NCBI GenBank assembly: GCA_964016885.1
Contig: OZ024740.1
Coordinates: 124,001-188,000, forward strand
Direction of reading: 5' to 3'
Length of the DNA: 64,000 bases
From: Eledone cirrhosa
Lineage: Eukaryota
Each line of letters begins with the position of its first letter. The stretch's first letter is position 1. The notes beneath the pieces were generated by a model. The model worked only from the letters and a program-made list of their open reading frames with translations, was not told the DNA's origin and did no database searches. Both the position numbers and the translations under genes were made by a program. Of the stretch, positions 1-12,225 are shown piece after piece.

Positions 1-3000
1 CAAATCCCTTCATCTCCCTATAAATTACACCACCCCTCTCTTCCCTACCCTGTCAAATCGCTTCATCTCCCTATAAACTACACCACCTCTCTTCCCTACC
101 CTGTCAAATCCCTTCATCTCCCTATAAACTACACCACCTCTCTCTTCCCTACCCTGTCAAATCCCTTCATCTCCCTATAAACTACACCACCTCTCTCTTC
201 CCAACCCTGTCAAATCCCTTCATCTCCCTATAAACTACACCACCTCTCTCTTCCCTACCCTGTTAAATCCCTTCATCTCCCTATAAACTCCACCACCCCT
301 CTCTTCCCAACCCTGTCACATCCCTTTGTCTCCCTATAAACTACACCACCCCTCTCTTCCCAACCCTGTCACATCCCTTTGTCTCCCTATAAACTACACC
401 ACCTCTCTCTTCCCTACCCTGTCAAATCCCTTCATCTCCCTATAAATTACACCACCCCTCTCTTCCCTACCCTGTCAAATCCCTTCATCTCCCTATAAAC
501 TACACCACCTCTCTCTTCCCAACCTTGTGAAATCCCTTCATCTCCCTATAAACTCCACCACCCCTCTCTTCCCAACCCTGTCACATCCCTTTGTCTCCCT
601 ATAAACTACACCACCCCTCTCTTCCCAACCCTGTCAAATCCCTTCATCTCCCTATAAACTACACCACCTCTCTCTTCCCTACCCTGTCAAATCCCTTCAT
701 CTCCCTATAAATTACACCACCCCTCTCTTCCCTACCCTGTCAAATCCCTTCATCTCCCTATAAACTACACCACCTCTCTCTTCCCAACCTTGTGAAATCC
801 CTTCATCTCCCTATAAACTCCACCACCCCTCTCTTCCCAACCCTGTCACATCCCTTTGTCTCCCTATAAACTACACCACCCCTCTCTTCCCAACCCTGTC
901 ACATCCCTTTGTCTCCCTATAAACTACACCACCTCTCTCTTCCCTACCTTGTCAAATCCCTTCATCTCCCTATAAACTACACCACCTCTCTCTTCCCTAC
1001 CCTGTCAAATCCCTTCATCTCCCTATAAATTACACCACCCCTCTCTTCCCTACCCTGTCAAATCCCTTCATCTCCCTATAAACTACACCACCTCTCTCTT
1101 CCCAACCTTGTGAAATCCCTTCATCTCCCTATAAATTACACCACCTCTCTCTTCCCTACCCTGTCAAATCCCTTCATCTCCCTATAAACTACACCACCTC
1201 TCTCTTCCCTACCCTGTCAAATCCCTTCATCTCCCTATAAACTACACCACCTCTCTCTTCCCTACCCTGTCAAATCGCTTCATCTCCCTATAAACTACAC
1301 CACCTCTCTCTTCCCTACCCTGTCAAATCCCTTCATCTCCCTATAAACTACACCACCTCTCTCTTCCCTACCCTGTCAAATCCCTTCATCTCCCTATAAA
1401 CTACACCACCCCTCTCTTCCCTACCCTGTCACATCCCTTCGTCTCCCTATAAACTAAACCACCCCTCTCTTCCCTACCCTGTCAAATCCCTTCATCTCCC
1501 TATAAACTACACCACCCCTCTCTTCCCTACCCTGTCACATCCCTTCGTCTCCCTATAAACTACACCACCTCTCTCTTCCCTACCCTGTCAAATCCCTTCA
1601 TCTCCCTATAAACTACACCACCTCTCTCTTCCCTACCCTGTCAAATCGCTTCATCTCCCTATAAACTACACCACCCCTCTCTTCCCTACCCTGTCACATC
1701 CCTTCATCTCCCTATAAACTACACCACCTCTCTCTTCCCTACCCTGTCAAATCCCTTCATCTCCCTATAAACTACACCAACTCTCTCTTCCCAACCCTGT
1801 GAAATCCCTTCATCTCCCTATAAACTACACCACCCCTCTCTTCCCTACCCTGTCAAATCCCTTCATCTCCCTATAAACTACACCACCCCTCTCTTCCCTA
1901 CCCTGTCAAATCCCTTCATCTCCCTATAAATTACACCACCCCTCTCTTCCCAACCCTGTCAAATCCCTTCATCTCCCTATAAACTACACCAGCTCTCTCT
2001 TCCCTACCCTGTCAAATCCCTTCGTCTCCCTATAAACTACACCAGCTCTCTCTTCCCTACCCTGTCAAATCCCTTCATCTCCCTATAAACTACACCACCC
2101 CTCTCTTCCCTACCCTGCCAAATCCCTTCATCTCACTATAAACTAAACCACCCCTCTCTTCCCTACCCTGTCAAATCCCTTAGTCTCCCTATAAACTACA
2201 CCACCTCTCTCTTCCCTACCCTGTCAAATCCCTTCATCTCCCTATAAATTACACCACCCCTCTCTTCCCTACCCTGTCAAATCCCTTCATCTCCCTATAA
2301 ACTACACCACCCCTCTCTTCCCTACCCTGTCAAATCCCTTCATCTCCCTATAAATTACACCACCCCTCTCTTCCCTACCCTGTCAAATCCCTTCATCTCC
2401 CTATAAACTACACCACCTCTCTCTTCCCTACCCTGTCAAATCCCTTCATCTCCCTATAAACTACACCACCTCTCTCTTCCCTACCCTGTCAAATCCCTTC
2501 ATCTTCCTATAAACTACACCACCCCTCTCTTCCCAACCCTGTCAAATCCCTTCATCTCCCTATAAACTACACCACCCCTCTCTTCCCAACCCTGTCAAAT
2601 CCCTTCATCTCCCTATAAACTACACCACCTCTCTCTTCCCTACCCTGTCAAATCCCTTCATCTCCCTATAAACTACACCACCTCTCTCTTCCCTACCCTG
2701 TTAAATCCCTTCATCTCCCTATAAACTACACCACCCCTCTCTTCCCAACCCTGTCACATCCCTTCGTCTTCCTATAAACTACACCACCTCTCTCTTCCCT
2801 ACCCTGTCAAATCCCTTCATCTCCCTATAAACTACACCACCTCTCTCTTCCCTACCCTGTCAAATCCCTTCATCTCCCTATAAACTACACCACCTCTCTC
2901 TTCCCTACCCTGTCAAATCCCTTTATCTCCCTATAAATTACACCACCCCTCTCTTCCCTACCCTGTCAAATCCCTTCATCTCCCTATAAACTACACCACC

Positions 3001-3377
3001 TCTCTCTTCCCTACCCTGTCAAATCCCTTCATCTCCCTATAAACTACACCACCTCTCTCTTCCCTACCCTGTCAAATCCCTTCATCTCCCTATAAACTAC
3101 ACCACCTCTCTCTTCCCTACCCTGTCAAATCGCTTCATCTCCCTATAAACTACACCACCTCTCTCTTCCCTACCCTGTCAAATCCCTTCATCTCCCTATA
3201 AACTACACCACCTCTCTCTTCCCTACCCTGTCAAATCCCTTCATCTCCCTATAAACTACACCACCTCTCTCTTCCCTACCCTGTCAAATCCCTTCATCTC
3301 CCTATAAACTACACCACCTCTCTCTTCCCTACCCTGTCAAATCCCTTCATCTCCCTATAAACTACACCACCTCTCTC
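1..3377. repeat. 53-bp tandem minisatellite (about 63 copies visible, runs off the left edge), upstream of the first visible ELP2 exon (intronic)
   Basis: Unit CAAATCCCTTCATCTCCCTATAAACTACACCACCTCTCTCTTCCCTACCCTGT repeated with few point variants. Confidence 0.98.
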
Positions 3378-3441
3378 AACTAAGCCACTTACACCTCTCT
3401 TTCTCAGGCAGTAATATTTAACCCATTAGTATTTACATTAC

Positions 3442-3772
3442 TATGGAGGCATGTGCTTAGAGCATTGGCCTTGCAATCGAAAGGTTGTGAGTTCAATTCT
3501 CAGACTGGGTGATGTGTTGTTTCCTTGAGCAAGACACTTTATTTCACATTGCTCCAGTTTACTCAGCTGTAGAAATGAGATGATAGGGACCGGGGTCCCT
3601 ATCATTCCACTATAAAGTGGCTGCGGAGGTGCCACGGCAAAAAAGCACCCGGCACTCACTGTAAATGAGGTTGGTGTTAGGAAGGGCATCCAGCTGTAGA
3701 AATCAAGCCTGAATCAGTTCCCATCCCACCCTTGCAAGCAGGGAAAAGCGGACGTAAAATGAAATGATGATG
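3442..3772 (+). mobile_element. tRNA-derived SINE with RTE-LINE-type 3' end
   Basis: tRNA-like head with B-box GAGTTCAATTC, central TTCCTTGAGCAAGACAC segment, 3' GGTGTTAGGAAGGGCATCCAGC...GGACGTAAAATGAAATGATGATG tail shared with local RTE LINEs; near-identical copy at 26808-27190. Confidence 0.8.
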
Positions 3773-4019
3773 AATGTAGTTTTGTGTAAAGGCTTTATCT
3801 CAAATTTATGAGATTTTGATGTTATTTATTTTGAAAACAATAGATTAACATCAGAGTGGCCAGTTACAGCTGGTTTGAACAGAAAGAGGTGAGAGAATTC
3901 TGGCCGGATAAGGCCAGTTTAAATGCTAATTCCATAAATTCCTCTACAACATAAATTTCTCCCTTACCATAAATTAATTTTCTGGGAGTTTTGAAATATT
4001 CTTTTTGTTCCTTTCTCAG

Positions 4020-4141
4020 AAATTCCATTTCAGAAACTAGCTTTTGTTGACAAAAAGACTTCAGCCCATTCTCGTATCATTTGGTCATGTTGCTGGTCAC
4101 ATGATGATGCCTACTTTGTCACAGCATCTCGGGATAAAAAG
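4020..4141 (+). CDS. ELP2: Elongator complex protein 2, internal exon (WD40; IPFQKLAFVDKKTSAHSRIIWSCCWSHDDAYFVTASRDKK)
   Basis: TTTCTCAG acceptor, AG|GTGAG donor; HSRIIWSC.WS.D..YF.T.SRDKK matches the ELP2 C-terminal WD repeat. Confidence 0.93.
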
Positions 4142-4286
4142 GTGAGGATTTAGTTTTGCTTATTGAAACAATACAAGCTCTAATGTTAGTGCAGCTATAT
4201 TTTTGTTATTTCTGTTTACTTTTTACATATATATATAATCACTTATGTGTCATAATGCCTGTCATATGTCACCTGTTCTGACCTAG

Positions 4287-4420
4287 GTAATTTTCTGGAC
4301 TTGTCCTCCACTCAGTTCAACTAAAGATGACATCTGTGTTAAACCAAAAGACAGTTTCACATTCAGTGATTCAGTGACAGCTGTTGACATGGCTCCTACA
4401 GTCATACCTGACAATAACAG
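4287..4420 (+). CDS. ELP2: ELP2 exon (VIFWTCPP...DSVTAVDMAPTVIPDNNR)
   Basis: CCTAG acceptor, CAG|GTAAGT donor, phase-consistent with flanking exons; V..W and VTAV...P motifs as in ELP2. Confidence 0.9.
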
Positions 4421-4734
4421 GTAAGTAAACATCTCCCCCTCTCCTTCTCTCTCGACTTATATTTTGAACAACTATATTTCATTTTACTATAAAGACTGAT
4501 GTGAAGATGTTATAAAATAACTTATAAAATTGGGTGAAGACCCTTAAAAATGGAAGAAAAAAAGTTACCATCCCCTCAAAGCTTTGTAAAAGTCTGACAG
4601 ATCGACTACATATATATTTGTTTAATATTTCCTTGGAATTCAAGTATATTATCACATCTGTCAGTAACAGCTGTGATAATTGTAATAATAGCTATATCAT
4701 CACTCTCGACATGACATGACATTGTCTAAAGTCT

Positions 4735-5005
4735 GTCTTGAGCCTCCAGGCTCATCAGGCCGGTGCTTAGTCTGGTTTCCGTGGTGTTAAGCAACTGAGA
4801 GTACAACCCACCCTCCCTGGACATGACGCCAGTCGATCACTGGGTTAAATCCCCAGCTATTGCTGGTACTCATTTTCAGCTGAGTATACTGGAGTAACGT
4901 GAAATGAAGCGTTTTGCTTAAGAACACAACCCAGTCCAGGAATCGAATCTACAACATTATGGTCTTAAGTTCAACGCCCTAACCCCTGGCCACACACCTC
5001 CACCA
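4735..5005 (-). mobile_element. SINE (tRNA-like head, conserved central domain), degenerate
   Basis: Reverse-complement B-box GGAATCGAATC; CCAGTCGATCACTGGGTT...GGTACTCATTTTCAGCTGAGT segment typical of invertebrate SINE central domains. Confidence 0.6.
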
Positions 5006-5364
5006 TAAATGATGTAATTTTCGGTTCACTTGAAGTTTTTGTTTTACTTGTGAAAATAAAAACAAAAGAATCCAAAATCAAGAGAGATTGAATGTAGGTT
5101 TGCTAGATCTACAAAAAACTACCCTAAAAATGATAGTGTAAATATGTTCAACAACAACTCTATTAAATAAGGGTTGATTCTAAAATAACTTGAGAAATAA
5201 ATACCAGGTGGAGGTTGATAGTGAGGGGTTGCTAATTTTAACCTATTCATTACCATATATCTAATAGAATACAATCTATTTCAATTAATTAATGTTTATT
5301 AAGATAGTAATTTAACATGGTTCTTAAATAAAATTGTTTTTAATTGAAATAGGGTCCGTATTAA

Positions 5365-5541
5365 CCCTTTAGCATTTAAACTGGCTGTATCCAACCAGAA
5401 TTCCCTTGCCTCTTTCTGTTCAAACCAGTTGTAACTGGCCACTCATACAGATGTTAAGGTATTGTACTCAAAATAAATATTAAAATTTCATTTACCATGA
5501 AAATACAATAATAAATATAGAGTAATGTAAATGCTAATGGG
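5365..5541. mobile_element. piggyBac-like MITE with TTAA target duplication
   Basis: TTAA|CCCTTTAGCATTTA ... TAAATGCTAATGGG|TTAA; related copies at 10441-10706, about 12835-13003 and inverted at about 3780-3928. Confidence 0.75.
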
Positions 5542-6354
5542 TTAAGAGATAAACACCAGAGAACATAAAAGTAGGTTTGCTAGGTACAACTGATACTACC
5601 TTTAATGCCAACCATGCTCAGCTCAAACTTGACTATCAACTTCAGACTATCAACTCCAATGTATCTTCACCTATATTTTACACATGTACATCATACACAT
5701 TAGTTTGTCTGCTGTTTATTATGTTTATAATAAATAATCTATCCAAGTGAAGTTTATAGCTGGGTAAATGTCATTTCTACTGCTAAACACTCAATCTCTT
5801 AATTTCCGAAGTGGAGTCTGTTTTATGTAAAGTGGAGAAGACTCTTTAGTCTTGCTGGGAACAAGGCAACTTTTCTAGTGTTGATGCCATGAATGGAAAG
5901 TACTTGGTAGGTAAAGCAACTTCTAGTACAACAATAAAATGCACCTAGTACACTCTATAAAGTGGTTGGCAAATCGAGACCATAGTTTAGACTTAGAGGA
6001 GCTAAAAGTTCTTAGTACCACAAATTACACCCTGTACACTCTGTAAAGTGGTTGATCATAGGATATAAAGCCATAGACACCATACCAAATTAGATCATGT
6101 CAGATGTGGTCCTCCAACCCTTCGAAGATAGTAACTTTGTATAAGAACTAATTCAAACGAGAATGACTTATCCAATCTATGTCAGCATGGAAGGCAGATA
6201 TAACATGTTGAGCCATGTCAATTGGAGCAAACAGGTTTTGTTACTGAGGGACACAACACAGATTTGAACTCATAACCACCTGCAATCTAGAACCTTCACA
6301 TCATAACCCTTGGACCTCATTTCACCATTCTAACTATTGTTGTTACTATTGCAG

Positions 6355-6450
6355 GTACTTGCTCAGTATTGGTTTGGAAAGTGGTATAATAGAATTGGTA
6401 TCTTGGTCACCTGACCAAACAACATGGCAACAGTTGAAAGTCTTGGATTC
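6355..6450 (+). CDS. ELP2: ELP2 penultimate exon (RYLLSIGLESGIIELVSWSPDQTTWQQLKVLDS)
   Basis: TTGCAG acceptor; RY....GLE.G.I motif of ELP2; followed by U12-type donor GTATCCTTT. Confidence 0.88.
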
Positions 6451-6459
6451 GTATCCTTT
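6451..6459 (+). other. U12-type (minor spliceosome) 5' splice site GTATCCTTT
   Basis: Exact match to the RTATCCTTT consensus at the point where ELP2 homology ends. Confidence 0.85.
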
Positions 6460-6974
6460 TATACAGAACCATTCCTTTGTTATGCCATAATAATTAAGGT
6501 TAATTAAATACTTATTGTATGTCTCTTATTAAATACAGCTCATTACCTGAAATGTATTAATTAAACATAACAAAATCAGTTAATTGTTGCACACTGAGAT
6601 GCATTATATATCGTTTTTACATGTTTTTCCTCGCTTGCATGGGTTGGACGGGTCCTCAGCTACGCATCTCTCCACTTGTTGCATTCCTCTACTGTGGCTT
6701 CCTTCCACTGGGATTTCCTGGCATTTCTTCACCCATCAGTCATTGTCCATGTACATCACGTCTCCATACCAATGCAGTCTTCCCGCTTGTACACCACTTT
6801 GGATTCCTCTTAAACCCAGCTCCTTTTTCAGTTCATCTAAGCTCTGCCTTTCTCTCACAATTACACATCCAACAAAACATGGTTGCTTCATTTCTCTCCA
6901 GCCTCACACTTAACACACAGGTGTCATACAGCCATCCTTTTGTATATAGAGAGAGAAACTATTTGTTGTCAACA

Positions 6975-7105
6975 GTATATAACTGTTGAAATGGCAAGAG
7001 CTCAGCCAATGGCCTCCTGACTCATTCATATAGCCATACTCTACTACCCCAAGTATCGAGTACACTGGTGAGTAATGGTCTAACCAGTTTCTAACTGAAT
7101 CCATC
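6975..7105 (+). mobile_element. Degenerate 3' end of a Penelope-like element, related to 56820-56945
   Basis: CTGTTGAAATGGCAAGAGCTCAGCC...ACTCTACTACCCCAAGTATCGAGTACACTGGTGAGTAATGGTC aligns by eye with the reverse complement of 56840-56945. Confidence 0.6.
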
Positions 7106-7373
7106 CTAATTTATATATACACCTGTACACAGGTATCAAATTAGCAGGTGTTAGAATGTTAGATTAAATACTTTGCAATAATTAATCCAGCTCTCTGATC
7201 TCTCATTTCCAACCTGAACAACTTTGTGGTATCTCTTCTGACAGTGTTTCAAATTCCCTACTCTCTCTAATCTGCACTTGGCTATCATGGACAAAATAGG
7301 AAACTGACATGGTTGCTGAGACTTTGTCTAGCAGGGGATCACAAATACCTGCTTAAAAATATATATATATATA

Positions 7374-7471
7374 CAGGGTATCCCAAAAATGTATACCACT
7401 TCAATTACCTGTACAAGCAATATTTATTAGAATACTGTTGAAGTGTGAATACATATTTTTGGGACCCCCTG
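7374..7471. mobile_element. Tc1/mariner-type MITE (about 98 bp)
   Basis: TA|CAGGGTATCCCAAAAATGTAT ... ATACATATTTTTGGGACCCCCTG|TA terminal inverted repeats with TA flanks. Confidence 0.75.
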
Positions 7472-8062
7472 TATAAACCCTCAGAGTGAGTAGAGGTGAA
7501 GTAGGGGCTTCATTATAGGTTTGCATATTCTCTGAGAGTTACTTAGATATGTATTATCCACAAAAGTTCTCTATAATTATCTACCTACATAATGAACATA
7601 TTCACACCTATTACACAGGTGTGTACTGTATCTTAACTACATTCATACTGCAGCATAGACAAATTATTAAGAAGCTCACATCATTATAAGATCCTGGTTC
7701 TCTTCCCATTGTGTAATGTCTTGGGCAAGTAACATTTACTGTAGCCACAGATCAACTCAAGCTTCAAGAGTAAAATTTGGAAGGTGGAAACTGTGGAAGT
7801 CCGTCAAATGGACTGTACCTATAATTCAAAGTGCCAGCCATGTCTGTATAATAGCCACAGGCAGACTATTCAATTGATCAAATAAATGAAGCATTCAATG
7901 CCAAAACCAACAGAGAGGACCATTCCAGTTCCATATTCTACATACATTACAATGATCTTAGCCACTATTCCCTAATCAAGCAGGGTCTGAAAAAACTCTT
8001 TCCTCAGATCAACTGGTGAGTATCCCTGAAGACAGATAGTTATATTTCCTTATGTCTGCTAT

Positions 8063-8216
8063 AATTTCTCATCATTTAACTGTGAAGAGACTGAAATTCT
8101 CCAGAGTTAAAGACCACCACCAACAGAATAAAGAGGATCGCACCAATCCACAGTTTATGCTGGCATCCTGTGGAAATGACCACTCCGTCCGAATTTTTAA
8201 CATCTCTCTTCATTAA
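8063..8216 (+). CDS. ELP2: ELP2 terminal coding exon (SHHLTVKRLKF...FMLASCGNDHSVRIFNISLH*); exact acceptor uncertain
   Basis: H.L.VKRL.F and ASCG.DH.V.I motifs of the ELP2 C-terminus; TAA at 8214-8216; AATAAA at 8222-8227. Confidence 0.87.
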
Positions 8217-8862
8217 GAATCAATAAATATAACAAGTATATTTCATAACGAGTTTTTTAATTAACTTTTTAATATTTCAGCTGACATCTCTTACAATGCC
8301 AGATCAGATCCAATAATATATATTTCTTTATTTATTCATACATCAGATGTCTATTTTATATCAGTGTCAATGTTTACAGGTTCAATGTAATTCTGAGAGA
8401 GTGACAAATACTGTTGAACTTAACATATCAAGAAAATTCCTTGCATTAACTTCTTGAGTCATCCCTCTTTCAAAGGTAAAGCATTCCTTTTGCTTTTTCT
8501 AATAGCTAGAATATGTGTGGCTCGTCACACCTGCATAAACATCCATGCCACTGACCATGCAACTCATTTCTACAGGTGAGTAAACTGGAGCAACATGAAA
8601 TAGTGTCTTGCTCAAGGACACAATGTAGGAAGTTCATTAAATATGACAGAAATGATAACATTTAGAGAATATAATCAACGAAAAATATTTTTTTAATATT
8701 GTATAAAATATATAACTCTTTCAGTAGTAAAATATCAACAATGTTATAATTTCACAATTGTAAATATAAGTTTCAAATTCCAGCACATCTTTACTCAACT
8801 TCAGGGATCAAATATATCACAACCAACTGGAGAGAAGTATTGAAAAATATATAATGAATAAA

Positions 8863-8965
8863 TAATTGTTTCTACTTTTGGCACAAGGCCAGCAATAACC
8901 CAGTACATTACTGGTACTTTATTTTATCGACCCCCGTAAGGATGAAAGGCAAAGTTAACCTCTAC
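8863..8965 (-). mobile_element. Abundant SINE family fragment (further copies about 13630-13825, 13845-14030, 14060-14200, 51310-51470, 54045-54170, 55146-55282, 56450-56660)
   Basis: Recurrent GGCACAAGGCCAGCAAT...CCCAGT..ATTACTGGTACTTTATTTTATCGA...GGATGAAAGGCAAAGTTAACCTC(GGCGGGATTTGAACTC) on either strand. Confidence 0.8.
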
Positions 8966-9599
8966 CGATCCACCACCATAACGAATAAATAATGCTTTGT
9001 CCTCTCACTACAAGTTTACAAAAGAGATGGTGTTAGTCAGTTGAATTGATACTCGTATAGCACTGGTATTTTAACTTCTTGGTGATGAAATACTAAACAG
9101 TGACCATAGGATTTGAAATATGTGGTGATGGTTGAATTACTGCAAGGCACTTGTTCTCACTGACCTCTTGATAATAGCTTTGGTTTTATTAAAGACTTTT
9201 CAAAGTTATTCTCTATTTAAAACAGAGCCTAAAAAGGCTATGGGCAGTGCCTCACAGCATACAAAGAAAGAGTTTAATGAACTAAATAAGAAATAATAGA
9301 TGTTCGAAATTTAAAAGACTTTATACCTTCCATATTAGGAGTTAAGGAGTATAGGTTCTGTTGTGCTCCCATCCCATACCAGGAGTATAGGCTCTGTTGT
9401 GCTTCTTGCATTAATAAATGAACAAAATATAGTTTTTAAAATATCCTAGGGTGGCCACGGTGCAGTAGAAATATATTGCAGGGTGGCTTTAGTTCAGGTA
9501 GCTTTATTTGCTAAAAAAAACAACAAAATCTTGGTCCATAAGACAAATAACTATGTGTGACCCTCAATTTAGTAAGAGAAAATCTGTTGAGGGGGTCCA

Positions 9600-9950
9600 C
9601 TAAGACTGAGGTACTATTCCATGTAGTTTACCAAGAAAGAAGGTTGCTATACACTCCATAAGGGAAGACACTGAGACAGTACATAGTTTAGGGTGTTGAT
9701 GGACTGGGAGGTCACTAGTTTTCTCAGCATATATAATAAACAATCCACACTGGTTGATATTGTTATCACAGTTAACAGCATGATATGGAACAGTCAAGTT
9801 GAGCTCACTGAGTATATGAGGTCTTGGTTCTCGTGACAATACTTGACCACCACCCTGCTTTACTAAATCCATCAATTGTTCTTTGGTTGGTACTGGAGGG
9901 TTGTATGCACCATAAAAGTAGAACTGACAGCCATCAAATAAACGAGGTAG
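9600..9950 (-). CDS. BARD1: BARD1 terminal exon, second BRCT domain (LPRLFDGCQFYFYG...LVKQGGGQVLSREP...TVPYHA...)
   Basis: TTTCCTACAG acceptor, TAG stop at 9602-9600; LP.LFDGC.FY..G, GGG..LSR.P.P and TV.YHA are BARD1 BRCT2 motifs; AATAAA on the minus strand at 9508-9503. Confidence 0.94.
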   Translation of the reverse strand, partial: LPRLFDGCQFYFYGAYNPPVPTKEQLMDLVKQGGGQVLSREPRPHILSELNLTVPYHAVNCDNNINQCGLFIIYAEKTSDLPVHQHPKLCTVSVSSLMECIATFFLGKLHGIVPQS

Positions 9951-10119
9951 CTGTAGGAAAACAAAAAATATGAATAAAATGTCTGATAAAGTACTTCAAA
10001 AATAAGAATAATTTCTAACGAAGCCACAAGGTCAGAAATTTGGAGAGAGAGTATTTCTGGATTAAATCACATCCAGTATTTGACTGGTATTATATTTGAT
10101 CATTTGAAGGCTAAGATCT

Positions 10120-10430
10120 TTGACACATCCTACCAGTTGTGTTAACTGGGCAACAAAGTCACTTCAGAAGCTCTCTACATTCCAGAACCACATCATGAGA
10201 CTTGTGACTAACAAACAACTCAGCGACCGTAGCATCTCTATCAATGAGCAACCCAAGTTTAAACCAATCACATCAGTTACCAAGTCAAGAGTACTTAAAC
10301 TGTATGGTGATATCAAAAGATCAACTCGTGGTGTAAGTTATGCCTAGAAAGAAAGTTAGCTGGTAAGAGAAGCAGAGGTTGACAGCCAAAACGCTGGCTT
10401 GATATCAACTTATGGACTGGACTTGACCTT
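10120..10430 (+). mobile_element. Old non-LTR retrotransposon RT C-terminal fragment
   Basis: Q.LSTFQNHIMR...SRVLKLYGDIKR followed, after a frameshift, by GKRSRG..PKRW-like sequence. Confidence 0.55.
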
Positions 10431-11300
10431 TGATTTTTAACCTTTTAGCATTTAAACCGGCTGTATCCGACCAGAATTCTCTCACCTCTTACTGTTCACA
10501 CCAGTCATAACTGGCTGCTCATACTGACATTAAAGTATTGTTCTCAAAATCTTGTAGATTCGATATTATGTGAGATAATTATATGAAATAAAGTGCTTAC
10601 CACAAAAATACAATAGTAAATATAGAGTAATGTAAATATTATGTGAGGTAAAGCCTTTACTGTGAAAATACAATAGTATATATAGAGTAATCTAAATGGT
10701 AAAGGGTTAAACTGCTGTTAGCGATCGAACTTTGTGTAGGAGAATATCTGATGGTGATGTGCAGTCTGCAACAAGCAGAGTGTTTAGGAATATTTTAACT
10801 CCAGAAGGATGAAAGACAAAGATGGTTGTAGTCGGATTTGAATTCAGAACATTAAGAGCTGAAACAAATACCACAAGGCATTTTTTTCTGGTGTCTTAAG
10901 TGTACCAATCCACAACTCTACTGAAATGTGAATAATAACAATACTAATTTCTGTTCTCATAAGCCAAATGTGGTTGGGGAAAACAAGTGAAGACGCTTCT
11001 CTAGTAGTGGTTGGTGTTAAGAAGAGCATCCAGCCATAGAAACCATGCCAAAATGGAATATAAAAGCAAGATGTCGTCCTCCAACCTTTCTAGGAGGGTA
11101 ATAGCTCTGAATTAAAACTGATTCAGACTGATGACCCATGCAACCTATACCAACATGCAAAGAAGATGTAAAATGATCGAAATGATAAGTTTGACTCAAG
11201 TATATAAAACTAGATTTTATACATTGTCAGATTAGTGGAGAACTATTACTTAGTTCTAAATTACTATTTCATTAGAAAAGAGAAGGAAATATTAACTCAC

Positions 11301-11422
11301 TTGCTTTACTTTGTTCATGCGACCCTTAAAAGGGGCAAAAGAAAATGGGTTGCTGCTGGAACCAGCAACTTCAAAAGGTTCTTCAGATACTTGTTGGCCA
11401 TATTCAACACAGGTACGTAACC
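11301..11422 (-). CDS. BARD1: BARD1 exon (WLRTCVEYGQQVSEEPFEVAG...PFKGRMNKVKQ), end of BRCT1 and linker
   Basis: GACAG acceptor, GTGAGT donor, phase 1 to 0; BRCT W...C motif. Confidence 0.9.
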
Positions 11423-11590
11423 CTGTCATAAAAGTATTCATACAGGTAAAATGTAATGAAAATATATTTGACAAATTAACTCTTTTATGAATATATTTCT
11501 AATTAAAACACTGCTTATTATTTACAAAAGAAGTATGTTTGGAATGAGGTGAGTTAAGTTCAGAATTGAAATAGGAGTTTCCCTAAATAA

Positions 11591-11815
11591 TAATCTAATA
11601 ATGGGGCGTATAAACCCACTGAACAAAAAGATGGGTATCAACACACATGGGAGTTGAACCTACACCCCTCATTTGCTGGACAAGTGTGCTACAGAAAAAG
11701 CTTGGCATAATCGTAGTATACTTTTCCGGCAAACGAGAGGTGTGGGTTCACTCCCATGTGTGCTGATACTCATCTTTTTCCATTCAGTGGGTTTATACAT
11801 CCCATTATTAGACTA
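11591..11815. repeat. Fold-back element with about 100-bp inverted arms containing tRNA/B-box-like sequence
   Basis: TAATCTAATAATGGGGCGTATAAACCCACTGAA... pairs with ...TTCAGTGGGTTTATACATCCCATTATTAGACTA; arms contain GGGTTCA(A)CTCCC. Confidence 0.75.
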
Positions 11816-12123
11816 TATTAAGTCCACACTGTAAACGTGGTTGGTGTTAGGAAGGGCATCCAGCCGTAGAAAACCCGCCAGACAGTCCTATACGAGCAGG
11901 ACAACCAATCTTGCCTCAAGTGGGAAAACTCCCTTCCAAACCCGTGGAAGATGGACGTTAAATGATGATGATGATGATGATAATATGTCATCAAAATGTT
12001 AGCCGAAGCTTTATTTCTTTTTTAATTACTGCTTATGATTTCCAAATCATTTTGAAAATAATTAAGAATGTGGAGGAATTTGGTAAATCAGTATAAATAA
12101 ATAAATAATTTTTCAAAGCTTAC

Positions 12124-12225
12124 AATCAAGGGTGACAATCCATTTTCCAGACAAAACAGCTTTCAAATAATTGAGTGTGCGCGGACACAGGCCATCTTTG
12201 TTGACACCAATAACAACATGAGTTA
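12124..12225 (-). CDS. BARD1: BARD1 exon, BRCT1 core (VTHVVIGVNKDGLCPRTLNYLKAVLSGKWIVTLD)
   Basis: TGCAG acceptor, GTAAGC donor; THVV...RT..Y...VL.G.WI BRCT signature. Confidence 0.93.

Noticed and set aside
8008-8015. 8-nt micro-exon CAG|ATCAACTG|GTGAGT in ELP2
   Set aside because: The downstream intron would be under 50 nt with no phase-compatible AG acceptor
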